64,000 nucleotides of DNA from a virus. The notes beneath the pieces were generated by a model that saw only the letters and a list, made by a program, of their open reading frames with translations, made no database searches and was not told where the DNA came from. The translations under genes and the position numbers were made by a program. Where the stretch lies: positions 1 through 64,000 of the IMG/VR virus record IMGVR_UViG_3300050013_000065; one strand, written 5' to 3'. Positions 10,886-21,855 of the stretch are shown here, one piece after another. Within the stretch, counting starts at the first letter, position 1. Each line of letters begins with the position of its first letter.

Positions 10886-12766
10886 TTGGTCATAGTGGAT
10901 AATCTGGACGAAATCAAAGAAAACCCGGCGGTTCTGAAAATCTACGGGCAGTACGTGCATGGGTTGAAAAAGGCTGGGAATCTGTATACCGGCTCGTGCC
11001 CTCTTCATCAGGATTCTCATCCGTCGTTTTCGGTTTACCCGGACATGCGTTGGACTTGCTTCTCTGGGGCGGACTGCGGGTCGGGGAACATTTTTCAGCT
11101 CATCGAGCGTGTAGATAAAATCAGTTTCCAAGAGGCCGTAGAAAAAGTGAAAATCGAGATAGGGCAACCAGACTCGTGGAAGAAGGACAAAGAACGTGTC
11201 GAGAGCGTATTCAAGCCCGTGTCCGAAAAGAAAGTCTACAAGACAATTCAACTGAGTCGTATTGCTTCTTTGGAAGAGGCTTTGAAGAACTCCCCAGAAG
11301 CTATCCATTATCTGGACACGCGGGGGATTACACTTGAGACTGCTCAACAGCTAAGACTTGGATTCGTCCAGAATCTGGGGTCCTTAGCGGGAGAAGAAGG
11401 AAAGGATATTGCCGACAAAGGCTGGCTGGCCTTTAACTACCTCGACGGCGATCTTGTCCGGCTAATCAAGTACCGAAGTCTAGTAAGGAAGCGACCGGGT
11501 GGCTTCGCCCGGCAGTTTGGCATGGAGACTGTTCTCTACGGGATCGAGGATATTGATCCTTTTGAGCCTATTTATCTAGTGTCCGGAGAGTTCGACCGGG
11601 CAGTAATGAAACAAGCCGGGTTTCGTGCGGTCAGCCTAGCCTCAGATACGCATAAACCAACTCCCGAACAAAAAGACCAGTTGATGACTGCGAGTATGAT
11701 AATCCTTGCCGGGGATACTGACACCGTCGGTTCCCAGACTATGGATCGTTTGTGGAAAGAGTTTGGAAACCACTCGTACAAACTAACTTGGCCAGACGGC
11801 TCCAAAGATGCCAACGATGTGTTTCTCAACGCCTGCGGACGCGACCTTTCAAAATTCAAGAATCTTGTAGACGAGTTAACGAGTAAGGCTAAGTCACAGC
11901 CGATGCCTTCTGTATATTCCTTGCAGGAAACTATGCGGTCCGGAGATGACGCGGTTCTCTCTGATCACCCAGATAGAATGCGCGCTCCGTGGCACGACGT
12001 GGACACAATGGTGAATATCATGCCGGGGGACGTGGTCGGAATCAATGCCACGAATAGTGGTATGGGCAAGAGCACTTTTGTGTTACAATGGACTTTGTAT
12101 AATGCCAGGAAGTACGGTCGGTCGTTTGTAAACTTCCAAGCCGAAATGCGTCCTGCTGAGATTGCTACAATGGTAACAGCGCAGGTTCTCAGGAAAGATA
12201 GAAATTTTCTGACCGGCTCTGATAAGAAACAGGCCGCGAATGAGTTGGAAGGCGTGGAATATTACGTGGGGTTTGATCCAGTTTTGAATGGCATCAACGC
12301 GGTCCTTGATCTACTTGAGGCTGCTATTAAACGTTTGTCGCCATATGGGGTCGTGTTGGATCACTTCCACCACCTGACCACGGGAATGAACAACGAGACG
12401 CAGGTGCAGACAGCGGCAATGACCCGGATCAAGCAGATAGCTGAGACCTACAAGGTTGTGTTCTTTAACGTGGGTCAGCCCCGGAAGGCAACGCAGCAGA
12501 CAAAGGGTAAGCAGATTCATCTGACAGATGCAAAAGGTTCCGGAGCTTGGGCGGACGCCTCAAACTCAGTGGTTACGATTCACCGAGAACTAAACAAAGC
12601 AGACGACCCCACGATGACTAAGGGCGTATACGAAGATCGTACGCTCGTCAAGTTACTGAAAGGTAGATCAATGGGAACCGGAAACTCGGCTTGCTATCTG
12701 ACATCGTTTGGTGAGTTCGCCAGCTTTGAGCAAATCGATACAAACCACGAAAGTTACGAAGAATAA
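10886..12766 (+). CDS. DNA primase-helicase (CHC2 Zn finger + TOPRIM + DnaB/SF4 helicase)
   Basis: CPLH..HPSF...C....C; SGEFD, AGDTD, KDAND; Walker A SGMGKS; VVLDH; KGSG. Confidence 0.93.
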   Translation: MVIVDNLDEIKENPAVLKIYGQYVHGLKKAGNLYTGSCPLHQDSHPSFSVYPDMRWTCFSGADCGSGNIFQLIERVDKISFQEAVEKVKIEIGQPDSWKKDKERVESVFKPVSEKKVYKTIQLSRIASLEEALKNSPEAIHYLDTRGITLETAQQLRLGFVQNLGSLAGEEGKDIADKGWLAFNYLDGDLVRLIKYRSLVRKRPGGFARQFGMETVLYGIEDIDPFEPIYLVSGEFDRAVMKQAGFRAVSLASDTHKPTPEQKDQLMTASMIILAGDTDTVGSQTMDRLWKEFGNHSYKLTWPDGSKDANDVFLNACGRDLSKFKNLVDELTSKAKSQPMPSVYSLQETMRSGDDAVLSDHPDRMRAPWHDVDTMVNIMPGDVVGINATNSGMGKSTFVLQWTLYNARKYGRSFVNFQAEMRPAEIATMVTAQVLRKDRNFLTGSDKKQAANELEGVEYYVGFDPVLNGINAVLDLLEAAIKRLSPYGVVLDHFHHLTTGMNNETQVQTAAMTRIKQIAETYKVVFFNVGQPRKATQQTKGKQIHLTDAKGSGAWADASNSVVTIHRELNKADDPTMTKGVYEDRTLVKLLKGRSMGTGNSACYLTSFGEFASFEQIDTNHESYEE

Positions 12767-13644
12767 TGACTAAAATTTGTTCGCTATGCCGCAAGGAAAA
12801 ATCTCTAGAGGATTTTCACCGGGACAGTCAAGGCAAGTACGGAAGAAAGTCTAAATGCAAGGACTGCATCGCACAATACATGCTGAGCAGAAAGAATATC
12901 CCCGGAGTGCGCGAGTCCATATATCGCAATAGCAGAGCATACGACCGCAGAAACCCAGAAGCTAGAATGGCAAATTCGGCAAGAGAAAGATCAAAAAGGA
13001 ACGGTACTCTTTGTACTATAGCTAAAAACGAAATAGTAATTCCTGACTTGTGCCCGATATTGGGCATTCCTCTCAAACGTGGAAATCGATCTTCACACGA
13101 TGACGCTCCTAGTTTGGATAGAATTATTCCCGAGGAGGGGTACGTAGCAGGCAACGTGAACGTAGTATCCTACCGGGCCAATCGTCTGAAAAATAATGGA
13201 ACGCCAGAGGAGCACCGTCTTATTGCCGCTTGGATGTCAAATTCAGGGTTTACAAGTCCAACCAAAAGTGAACAGATTTTAGAAAACTCCCAAAAGGAGA
13301 TGTTTAACGCCTCCCGACAACGGGCAAGGAGACTGGGTCTTAATTTTGGAATACAAATAGGAGACATAAAAATCCCACGCGTATGTCCTATATTAGGAAT
13401 TCCACTAGAACCAGGAAAGGGTAGAGGTAGCAGACACGAGGGATCTCCAACACTAGACAGGACTGATCCAACAAAGGGATACATTCAAGGAAACATTTCT
13501 GTTATTTCTTATCGGGCTAATCGCATCAAAAACGACGGCACCGCCGAGGAGCATTTAAAGATTGCGGATTGGATGGACAGTATGTTACAATCCAAAGTGT
13601 TGGATATGAACCATGAAGAGGAGGACCCAAATGGGTTTGAATGA
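12766..13644 (+). CDS. His-Me finger/HNH-type endonuclease with two tandem nuclease domains
   Basis: N-terminal CSLC..CKDC; two copies of CPILGIPL..SP(S/T)LDR..P.GY..GN..V.SYRAN..K. Confidence 0.85.
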   Translation: MTKICSLCRKEKSLEDFHRDSQGKYGRKSKCKDCIAQYMLSRKNIPGVRESIYRNSRAYDRRNPEARMANSARERSKRNGTLCTIAKNEIVIPDLCPILGIPLKRGNRSSHDDAPSLDRIIPEEGYVAGNVNVVSYRANRLKNNGTPEEHRLIAAWMSNSGFTSPTKSEQILENSQKEMFNASRQRARRLGLNFGIQIGDIKIPRVCPILGIPLEPGKGRGSRHEGSPTLDRTDPTKGYIQGNISVISYRANRIKNDGTAEEHLKIADWMDSMLQSKVLDMNHEEEDPNGFE

Positions 13645-14560
13645 GGATTTAGGAGATCGAGAAAACGTGGGCAACGCCTCTCTGTCTGCTCCGAAGATTG
13701 CTACGAAGACGGATGAACCCACGTATGAAGACCTTGTTGGGGAAGAAGTAGCACACGACGAGGACCTGGAGGAAGATGCAAAACTCAAGGCCCACGACCT
13801 ATTCCTCCGCCTTCAGAGTTCCTTTTCTGCCCCGAACTATATCACTCTGGAGGAGGTTCGAGACGCCACCGGGTTCGACGGACAAAGAACAGCCGACGCA
13901 ATGGCTATCTCGCTATACCGGAGTCGGGGAAAAGCTCTATGGGGGTTCGAATTCAAGGTGTCTCGGTCTGATTGGTTGCACGAGCTGAAGCAGCCAGAGA
14001 AGTCGGAATCGATTCTCAGGTTCTGCGACTACTGGGCGCTCGTAGTTCCAAATAAGGACCTCGTAAAGGTCGGGGAACTCCCCCCAACGTGGGGGATGTA
14101 TGTGGCACAGAAGAACCGTTTGAAATGCGTTGTTCCTTGTCCGAAGCTAGATCCTGTCCCTCTAGATCGGATAATGCTTACCGCTTTGGCCTACGCAATT
14201 GACCGTCGTCAGGCTAAAGTGGACAAAGTAGCTTTGGATGCCGCCAGAGACGAAGGGTATAAACAAGGAGTATCCCGGTCCGGGTCCGACTACTACGAAA
14301 AGTCCTACAGAACTCTCTTGGGGAAAGTAGAAGAGTATGAAAAGGCGTCGGGACTCGACATTCGGTACGGATGGACTTCTCCGGACAAGATAGGGGGCAT
14401 AGTTTCTCAGATTCTGTCCGGGGATAAAAACTTGAAGTCAATCCTGCACGATGTCCATTTCTCACTCAAAAGCAACGAAAGACTCAAGACTCTGTTAGAG
14501 GAACAAGCAAAAGAACTAGAAGCGTTTTTGGGAAGAAAGTCAGAGGAGGAAACAGAATGA
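13631..14560 (+). CDS. MmcB-like PD-(D/E)xK protein
   Basis: RTADAMAISL..SRG..LWGFEFKVSRSDWLHEL..PEK. Confidence 0.75.
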   Translation: MGLNEDLGDRENVGNASLSAPKIATKTDEPTYEDLVGEEVAHDEDLEEDAKLKAHDLFLRLQSSFSAPNYITLEEVRDATGFDGQRTADAMAISLYRSRGKALWGFEFKVSRSDWLHELKQPEKSESILRFCDYWALVVPNKDLVKVGELPPTWGMYVAQKNRLKCVVPCPKLDPVPLDRIMLTALAYAIDRRQAKVDKVALDAARDEGYKQGVSRSGSDYYEKSYRTLLGKVEEYEKASGLDIRYGWTSPDKIGGIVSQILSGDKNLKSILHDVHFSLKSNERLKTLLEEQAKELEAFLGRKSEEETE

Positions 14561-14736
14561 CATCAGCTCGAATTATTAAAGCCTCAGACACAGCGAATGA
14601 GTACACCCGTTTGGAAGATATTAAGGCCGACTCCACCCGCGTTGGCCTCAAGATTTACGGGTGGGCGAATGGCAGGTTTTACGAGGTTTTCCCGGGCGGT
14701 CGCACCATTGAGTACACAGACTTGAGGGAGGAATAA

Positions 14737-15816
14737 TTGAACATCGCAGCCACAGAACTAAAGAAAGCTCTTCGGGTTTTTGCGCCAGTTCGAACCGAGT
14801 TCTACCAAATCGGGGAGCACGGAATTTCTGCCCAGGACTCCGACATCTGGGTAGTATCCGAAAGTCCATTATCCGGACTAGGGGGAATTTTCTCGGTCAA
14901 CGGTAAGAAGCTGTCCCAAGTCGTAGGTCGAATGTCCGGGCAAGTTGAGATCACCAAAGAGGAGAAGCTCCTGTCTCTGAAGTCGGCGCGCGCGAAGATC
15001 GAGTTGGAAATCCAGGACATCAAGCCTCTCAAGATCCCCGATCCCCCCGCCAAGGTCCTGGAACTGGCTTCTGTCGATCTCAAGAAAGCTTTGTCGATAG
15101 CTGTTGCTTCGGCCTCCCCCAATAAGGCTTCAGCGTTCGGGGGTGTTGTCCTGCTCCAGAGCCTGCCTTTGGGAATCGAGGAGGGGTCTCCATCCGGCTA
15201 TCGAATTGTGGGGACAGACGCGAACGTTCTCACCGTAGCCACCGTGGGAAACTCAGTCCAGTTTGAGTTCAAGATGACGTTGAACCTTCCGGCGGCTGCG
15301 ATAGTCCAGATAATGGACGGTACGATCTCCCTCGGAGAATCAAATACGCATCTGTACGCTCAGTCGGGGGGAATCCGTGTGTTCGCCTCCAAGCCGACCC
15401 AGACGTTCCCGAATTTTGACAGCCTTTTGTCCGTTCCTTCGAAGCTGAAGTTCGGATTCAAGACCGAGGAGTGGGTATCAGCTCTCCGCACAGTCGAGAC
15501 TCTGATCGAAGAATCTGTCGATCAAGGAGGAATCGATTTACAATTCGCCGAAGGTGTGGTACAATGGAACAATACTGGAGTAGGGTCAACAGCGTCAGAC
15601 GAAGCGCCCTACGAACAGATTGACCCAGACCCGCTATTTCAGCCGGTAACTGTTTCGAATCTTAGGGTTAAGGCCAAGTACCTGTCCGGATTCTTGGCGA
15701 AGGCTGGGGAAGAATCTACTTTGGGGCTGGTAGACAAGAATAAACCGATCCGACTGGAATCCGGAAATATGACTACTTTGGTAATGCCTATGGCAGGGAA
15801 GAAGGAGACGAAGTAA
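14737..15816 (+). CDS. dnaN: DNA polymerase III beta sliding clamp-like protein
   Basis: 359 aa; VGTDANVL, TFPNF..LL, C-terminal TLVMPM, three-domain length. Confidence 0.75.
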   Translation: MNIAATELKKALRVFAPVRTEFYQIGEHGISAQDSDIWVVSESPLSGLGGIFSVNGKKLSQVVGRMSGQVEITKEEKLLSLKSARAKIELEIQDIKPLKIPDPPAKVLELASVDLKKALSIAVASASPNKASAFGGVVLLQSLPLGIEEGSPSGYRIVGTDANVLTVATVGNSVQFEFKMTLNLPAAAIVQIMDGTISLGESNTHLYAQSGGIRVFASKPTQTFPNFDSLLSVPSKLKFGFKTEEWVSALRTVETLIEESVDQGGIDLQFAEGVVQWNNTGVGSTASDEAPYEQIDPDPLFQPVTVSNLRVKAKYLSGFLAKAGEESTLGLVDKNKPIRLESGNMTTLVMPMAGKKETK

Positions 15817-16535
15817 TGGACGAAATCCAGACAACACCTTCCTACCTGCCCCCTCTAAACCAAGAGGATGCTCTCGTAAAAGGCAAGGAAATTGACGCAC
15901 TCATTGGGCAAATCTGCTCCCACGAGGAGAGGCTTTCCCATTCCTACGCGCGCCTCGGGTCCCTACTCCGGGAGGTAAAGCTCCAGCAGTACTGGATTGC
16001 GTACGGTTTTGACCGATTTTCTTCCTACTTGGAGACGGTTCGTGAAAAAATAGATAGACGCCGGTCACAATTGTATGCTATACTGTCTGTAGCTGAAGTT
16101 TTGCTTCCGCATATTTCTGAGTCCAAGTTGGAAGAGATTGGAATCACTAAAGCTCATGAATTGAGACGGTTGGTTCAGAACGATGGAAATGTGCACGCGG
16201 AAGTTTTGGACCCGGATAACCAGACAGAAGATACCTGCGGGACTGTCCGGATAATGGACTACGCTCTACGCCCCAAGGTAACAGCAGCACAACTTCGGGT
16301 TAAGGTAAACGAGCTTCTTCATATTCACGAACTTCCGTCCGGGCTCTGGCTGGAGCTTCCCGGGTTCTACGCTACGCCAGACGAGAGAAAAGAAATCGAT
16401 GAGTTCTGGAAGTTGGGGAAACAAGTTTTGGAGATCACGTCCGAGTCAGAACACGAAGTTCACAAAGAGGTGTTCTTGGCAGCTATTCGCGAGTGTGTAA
16501 GTTCGTGGATTCCTTTACTACAGGAAGAAAAATGA
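15816..16535 (+). CDS. hypothetical protein (helical, possibly DNA-binding)
   Basis: 239-aa ORF translationally coupled (TAATG). Confidence 0.65.
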   Translation: MDEIQTTPSYLPPLNQEDALVKGKEIDALIGQICSHEERLSHSYARLGSLLREVKLQQYWIAYGFDRFSSYLETVREKIDRRRSQLYAILSVAEVLLPHISESKLEEIGITKAHELRRLVQNDGNVHAEVLDPDNQTEDTCGTVRIMDYALRPKVTAAQLRVKVNELLHIHELPSGLWLELPGFYATPDERKEIDEFWKLGKQVLEITSESEHEVHKEVFLAAIRECVSSWIPLLQEEK

Positions 16536-16738
16536 TTATTTTGGAAAAGCGGTGTCACAAATGTGGGGATACCAAAGATGCCTCGTTTTTTAACAAAGAT
16601 AAAAGCTCTAAGGACGCCCTGAGCCGAGAATTTCCTCCGGACTACCAACTACTGTGCTGCAATTGCAATCGCTCAAAACACTGGGGAAATGGTATTTGTA
16701 TTCACCAGCGAGAAGAAAAGGAGTCTAATGCCGAGTAA
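16532..16738 (+). pseudogene. internally deleted HNH endonuclease remnant
   Basis: N-terminal CHKC finger joined directly to C-terminal FPPDYQLLCCNCN.SK...ICIH; central DH-containing part absent. Confidence 0.6.
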
Positions 16739-17093
16739 AACAGTCCGCGTAGAACTCGGAGAAACCGGTCTCCCGATCCGCATATTCCGGGATAAGCAAT
16801 GGTTAAACTACCCTACGGTAGAAATGACCAAGGCCAAAGCGGTGGGGGGAATTCGAAAGCAAGTATTTCGTAGATGTTGGAATCCATTATCTGGAAACTT
16901 CGAATGCGAAAAGTGTGGACGAACAATCACTTGGACTTCTGGAGAAATGAACGAGAAAATCGCGAAGGGTTCTGGTGGGGAAGTAAGTTTGAGCAACTGT
17001 GAAGCGTTATGTCACAGTTGTCACACAGGAAGTCCGGATTCCGCTCACGGAGACCGGAGATGGCAAACAGCAAAATTGAGTCCGAAGGAATAA
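16728..17093 (+). CDS. HNH-like nuclease (catalytic His apparently substituted)
   Basis: CEKCG...EMNEKIAKGSGG..SLSNCEALCHSCH. Confidence 0.75.
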   Translation: MPSKTVRVELGETGLPIRIFRDKQWLNYPTVEMTKAKAVGGIRKQVFRRCWNPLSGNFECEKCGRTITWTSGEMNEKIAKGSGGEVSLSNCEALCHSCHTGSPDSAHGDRRWQTAKLSPKE

Positions 17094-17095
17094 CA

Positions 17096-17614
17096 ATGGA
17101 CGTTCTTAAATACAAATCGGTAATCAAGCAGGTTTTGTCCGAGCTTAAAATCCCCGCAGATCAGAGGGAAGACATGAGCCAGGAGTGTTACGTAGCCTTG
17201 CTTGAAAAGCAGTCTCACATTGAAAAACGGATTGAAGCCAAAGAGGACTACAAATATGTAGCCCAAATCTGTCGGAGAAAGATCATGTATCTTTGGAGGA
17301 CGGGGCAACACCCTCAGAGGACCAAGGAAAACCCGGGGCCGAGGTTGGTGTCTCTTTCTTTGCCCAAGATCATGCACCAAGTAGAAAAGATACCTCAACC
17401 GACCGCCGAAGTTTCGGACGAGGAGCTATACGGAGCGATTGATAGCCTTCCCCTGGATGAATACCGAGTAATTTACAACGTGTTTGTGGATGGGAAATCA
17501 CAGCGAGAGACCGCCGGAGATTTTGGAATCAGCCGCCGACAGGTGGCAAATTTAGCGGATCGCGGGATCAAAAATCTGAAGAAGTATTTTGAGGTAGAAG
17601 ATGGCCAAGATTGA
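17096..17614 (+). CDS. phage sigma70-family (ECF-like) sigma factor
   Basis: REDMSQECYVALLE region-2-like; AIDSLP..EYRVI..F.DGKSQRETA..FGISRRQV region-4 HTH. Confidence 0.82.
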   Translation: MDVLKYKSVIKQVLSELKIPADQREDMSQECYVALLEKQSHIEKRIEAKEDYKYVAQICRRKIMYLWRTGQHPQRTKENPGPRLVSLSLPKIMHQVEKIPQPTAEVSDEELYGAIDSLPLDEYRVIYNVFVDGKSQRETAGDFGISRRQVANLADRGIKNLKKYFEVEDGQD

Positions 17615-18189
17615 AGGTAGAGGAACTCTAAAAGCCGAAGTGGTCCTAGTTCTGTCTGAGGAAGAGGCGGGAGCCTTGGACGCCTTAGCGGGATACGGAG
17701 ACGATTCGTTCATCGAATGCTTTTACAAACACATGGGGAGGGTATATCTAGAGCCCTACGAGAGGGGCCTACGCAGTCTGCTCAAGTCGGTCAGAACCGG
17801 AGAGGGATGTGTATCTTCTATTTTAGGCCGGGCTCAAAAGGCTAGGCGTATATTCTATGGGGAGGAAAAGTAATGGGAATCCGAAACACAGTCGAAATTA
17901 TTTGTGATTATCCCGAATGTAAAGCTGGACAAAACGGCAAACCCGTGGTATACTCTTGGTGTAAGGATGATGTTGAGAGCGGAAAAGCACAAGCCCCTCC
18001 CGAAGCTCAGTATTTAGTAATCTTCAACCAGGGAGGAGTTACGAAGTCCTTCTGCTGTCAGTTACACGCTGCGAGGTATTTTCTGCCGCCTGGGTACGAT
18101 ATCAAGCAGACCCCGGTGGTGGACATTTCAACGCGAAAGCCCGTCGAACCTTGGACGGAACCAATTCCAGATAATGGACAGGAGGGCCA

Positions 18190-18561
18190 GTGACCGGAAC
18201 AGACTTTAAACAAAGCCAAGTAGCCCTTGCTTGTTGGCGCGCGGCCAAGACAGAACTCCACCAGACAATGCTGGCGGTCTGTCAGGTGTTCATGAATCGA
18301 GCAGCCGCCGGATGGTATGACGGAGACCTATACGAAAACTGCTGTATGTGGCTATCTGAGAATCCCGGCGAGTACCCGGACCCACGCGACCCTCAATTTC
18401 AACAACTGCTGTCCCGGATTGAATCAGTAACTTCAAAGCTGGTGTCAGATGTGACGGGAGGGGCTATCTACTTTACCCCCAAATCCGAACTAGACGAGGA
18501 GACTCTGCCCAAACGGTACAGCATAACTACTACCATTGGAAATATGGTATTCATCAAGTAG
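18190..18561 (+). CDS. SleB/Hydrolase_2-like cell wall hydrolase (divergent)
   Basis: MLAVCQVFMNR, DVTGGAIYF, TTTIGNMVF; expected catalytic Glu not evident. Confidence 0.6.
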   Translation: MTGTDFKQSQVALACWRAAKTELHQTMLAVCQVFMNRAAAGWYDGDLYENCCMWLSENPGEYPDPRDPQFQQLLSRIESVTSKLVSDVTGGAIYFTPKSELDEETLPKRYSITTTIGNMVFIK

Positions 18562-18730
18562 GAGGTAACATGACCAGGAAAAGACTGACTGTCAAAGAGC
18601 TGTATGAAAAGATGGAGGAGATTCACTCCGCTTTGGACTCCTCCGAAGTTTACCACTTTGGATTGTGGGAGGCGATTGCCGGACTTATGGTAGGACTCTC
18701 AATTGGGTATACTCTTGCGAGGATATTCTA

Positions 18731-18898
18731 GTGAGCCCCGTATACAATTACCAGTGCGTAGAGTGCGGGGAGAAGTTCGAGAAGCTGGTCAAGAAGGACA
18801 CCAAACCTCCCCGATGTCCAACTTGCGACAAACCGACTCAGCAGATTTGGAGTGTACCGGCGGTCGCGGTTTGGAAATGCAGTAAGGGAAGTTTATGA
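18731..18898 (+). CDS. FmdB-family Zn-ribbon protein
   Basis: PVYNYQCVECGEKFE...CPTC. Confidence 0.8.
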   Translation: MSPVYNYQCVECGEKFEKLVKKDTKPPRCPTCDKPTQQIWSVPAVAVWKCSKGSL

Positions 18899-19365
18899 CA
18901 CGAAAAGCAAAGCCGAAGACTAAAGTGCAGCTTGACAAAGCCGCCGACCAGAGACTCCAAAAGACGTATAATATCACTCTTCGAGAGTACGAGGAGATGG
19001 CCAAGAGGAACAATAGATGCTGCTGGGTGAGTGGGAAACCGGCAGGAACCCGTCGTCTGCACGTCGATCACGATCATGCGTGGAAGAAGGTCAAGATCGA
19101 GACCGTCAAGGTAAACGGATTGTGGGCGGCGGCGGCTCTCTACAACGAGAGAGAGTATGTTGGTGTAAATTCCAAAAAGTCTTTGGCGGTTCTCCAAGTG
19201 AAACGTCAACTGCTGCGCGCCAGTGTCCGGGGGTTGCTTTCATATCAAATCAATGCCGGGTTACAAAAATTCGCGGATGATCCGATTCTACTGAGGGCGG
19301 CTGCTGACTACCTCGAAAACTTTCAGAAAGGAAGTCCATTATCTGGACAGGAGAAAAATGACTAA
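18895..19365 (+). CDS. recombination endonuclease VII-family protein
   Basis: YNITL.EY, LHVDHDH, VRGLL...N.GL..F.DDP..LR.AADYL. Confidence 0.88.
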   Translation: MTRKAKPKTKVQLDKAADQRLQKTYNITLREYEEMAKRNNRCCWVSGKPAGTRRLHVDHDHAWKKVKIETVKVNGLWAAAALYNEREYVGVNSKKSLAVLQVKRQLLRASVRGLLSYQINAGLQKFADDPILLRAAADYLENFQKGSPLSGQEKND

Positions 19366-19888
19366 ACCGGTTTCAGAATATGCAACACCTCGCAAGTGCT
19401 CCGTTTGCCAGCAACCAGCAACCGTCTGGAGTTTCAAGTCGGACAAAAAGGGAGGTATCAATCTATCCTCTCGTTCCGCTCGGTGCGAAGAGCACAAGGA
19501 GACAGCATGAGCAACGTAACAGTAAATTCTTACCGAGGAATGGGTCTCGGCGGATGGCTTACCCTGATCTTCGTTACTCTCAAGCTGGTGGGGTTTATTA
19601 CGTGGAGTTGGTGGTGGGTACTAATCCCCCTCTGGATCGGGGCGGGCATCTTCCTCGCTGTTTTCCTCTTCATTCTTCTGCTGGCGTTTGTCGTTTCCTT
19701 TGCGGAGATCCTATGACACACGAAATCAAACTCGAACGCCGAACGGTAGAAGCCATCCTGGCCTCTGTATTTGGGGCGGCGGCGGTAGAAGCCTTTATCC
19801 AACGTTCTTGGCTGCTGGGCGGGTTCTCCGCGCTAGTAGGCGTAGCTCTCTTGATTACTGAGAAGGCTGATATTGAAGAGGAGGAAGC

Positions 19889-20338
19889 ATGAGTTGGTTC
19901 AAACCTGCCCCACCCAAACCCGATCCAGAGGTAACCTACCGAATTGGATTTGCCTGCGCTAACGGGCATGTTCAATCTGTTTCATGGAAACAATCTATCG
20001 AGTCCGAGAAAGAAGAGGTGTGTTTGACTTGCGGACTGCGCTCTGCTGTGGCCGTCATTAAAAGGACATTCGAACCTTATTTGGTAGGTTTCTTTGCAGA
20101 GCGTTGGATCACAAGCTCCTGGTTGAGCATGACCGATGAATTTGTCCATTATCTGGACGAAGACTCTAACGTAAAACTCTCGGAAGAAATACTCACCAAG
20201 CTCAAAGTTCGAGCGGCCCGAGATATGACTCGACAAATTTCCACTGAAGAGCTTCATACATACTCTTTGGGGCTACAAGACGGGGAGACAATGACCGCTT
20301 TATGGCTGCTGGGCGAGATTCAAAAGGAGACTAAGTAA
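19889..20338 (+). CDS. Zn-ribbon hypothetical protein (paralogue of 6420-6893)
   Basis: ACANGH...CLTCG...EFVHYLD. Confidence 0.6.
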   Translation: MSWFKPAPPKPDPEVTYRIGFACANGHVQSVSWKQSIESEKEEVCLTCGLRSAVAVIKRTFEPYLVGFFAERWITSSWLSMTDEFVHYLDEDSNVKLSEEILTKLKVRAARDMTRQISTEELHTYSLGLQDGETMTALWLLGEIQKETK

Positions 20339-21828
20339 TGCCTAAGACAACACCGGTTCCAGAAGAACTCAAGACTCGGGTACACGAGTGCGCCGATCTT
20401 AATCCAGAAGCGTCTCATCGATGGATTGCCAAGCAGTTCGGTCTCCACCACAAGACGGTAGATCGAATTCTCGGACAGATTCGTCACCTAAGCTACGAGG
20501 TTCTTCCGAAGGATGCGAGACCAGAAAAGACCTCTGAAGTCGAGGATATGTCCACTCCTGTAGAAAAGGAGGAGCCTGATGGAGACTGGGTACAACGGGA
20601 TCGCTACGTTTACAACGGCCAAACTGACTCGTATATTACATTCCTCAAGTGCCGCCCGAAACCTCTGGTCATCAACGGTGTCAAGTTCCGGTCGATGAAA
20701 AAGGCGTATTCTGATTGGGACGGAAAACCCTCCACAATCAACGAAATTTGCCGAAGGTTTGCAATCCCCCGCGATCAGTTTCAAGAACTTAAAGCAGTAC
20801 ACGGCTGGACCCACGAATCTGAGCCATTTACCCGCGAGGAGATACTATCTCGGGAAGTGGACGATCTCGCTGACGACGCCTTCCAACAGAGACGGCAGGC
20901 TGTATGGGAAGGGTTCGAGAAGAAGCGCTGGCACCAGACAAAGATCGACGCTGAAAAGTGGAATGATCTTGAGCAGAACTTTATCGTTCCGTTGCAGGAC
21001 CACTTGTCTACGCTTATCCCTGCGTATACTCCCCCTGTGTTCAATTTGAAGTCTCCTCGAAATCCCTTTGCAGTAGTCACCAGCGCGGGAGAACTTCACT
21101 ATGGAGGTTCGGGTTGGGAAGTCGAGACCGGAGAAAACTTCAGCCGCAAAGAAGCAGAGGAGCGTCTTGTCTACGCCAGGACGAAACTTTTGGAGGACGT
21201 GGCGGACAAGGGAAGGCCGGATAAGTTTTTCTATACCTCTGGTAATGATTTCTTCACGATAGACAATGACCAAGGTGGGACGACTCGCGGAACTCCACAG
21301 GAACTGGACGGAACTGCCGCACAGATTTTCTCAGAAGGCGTGGACCTTGCGTTCCGAGATGTTGACATGCTTCGAAGTGTGGCCCCAGTCCTGATACTTT
21401 TTGTCCCCGGCAATCATGATCGGCTGCTGAGCTTAGCCTTGCTGAAATGCCTCCAGGTCAAGTATCAATCGGACCCCGCAGTGGAAGTTGTGTTCTCTGC
21501 CAAGACTCGGGCATACGCTTGCTACGGAGACACCCTAATGGGGTTTGCCCACGGAGACGGGGCGCTCAAACCTCCGCAGTACATGGCAACAATGGCGAAG
21601 GAAGAACCGAGGTTGTGGTCCGAGACGATCTACCGTGCTTTCTTCACCGGACATCTGCACCACGAGGTTGTTCAAGAGTTGGTCGGGGGGACTCACTACC
21701 AGATGTCCTCTTTAAGGGGAGCTGACCGATTCCATGAGAGGAATGCGTACTTGGCAGATGCCGCTTTGTCCAGCTACATAGTTGACAGACACCGGGGTGT
21801 TACTGGTACAATTCAGACGAGGGTTTAG
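20338..21828 (+). CDS. calcineurin-like metallophosphoesterase with N-terminal HTH
   Basis: GELHYG, GND, PGNHD, AHGD, TGHLH; N-terminal HRWIAKQFGLHHKTV. Confidence 0.85.
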   Translation: MPKTTPVPEELKTRVHECADLNPEASHRWIAKQFGLHHKTVDRILGQIRHLSYEVLPKDARPEKTSEVEDMSTPVEKEEPDGDWVQRDRYVYNGQTDSYITFLKCRPKPLVINGVKFRSMKKAYSDWDGKPSTINEICRRFAIPRDQFQELKAVHGWTHESEPFTREEILSREVDDLADDAFQQRRQAVWEGFEKKRWHQTKIDAEKWNDLEQNFIVPLQDHLSTLIPAYTPPVFNLKSPRNPFAVVTSAGELHYGGSGWEVETGENFSRKEAEERLVYARTKLLEDVADKGRPDKFFYTSGNDFFTIDNDQGGTTRGTPQELDGTAAQIFSEGVDLAFRDVDMLRSVAPVLILFVPGNHDRLLSLALLKCLQVKYQSDPAVEVVFSAKTRAYACYGDTLMGFAHGDGALKPPQYMATMAKEEPRLWSETIYRAFFTGHLHHEVVQELVGGTHYQMSSLRGADRFHERNAYLADAALSSYIVDRHRGVTGTIQTRV

Positions 21829-21855
21829 TCCAGATAATGGACAAAGGAGACCTGT

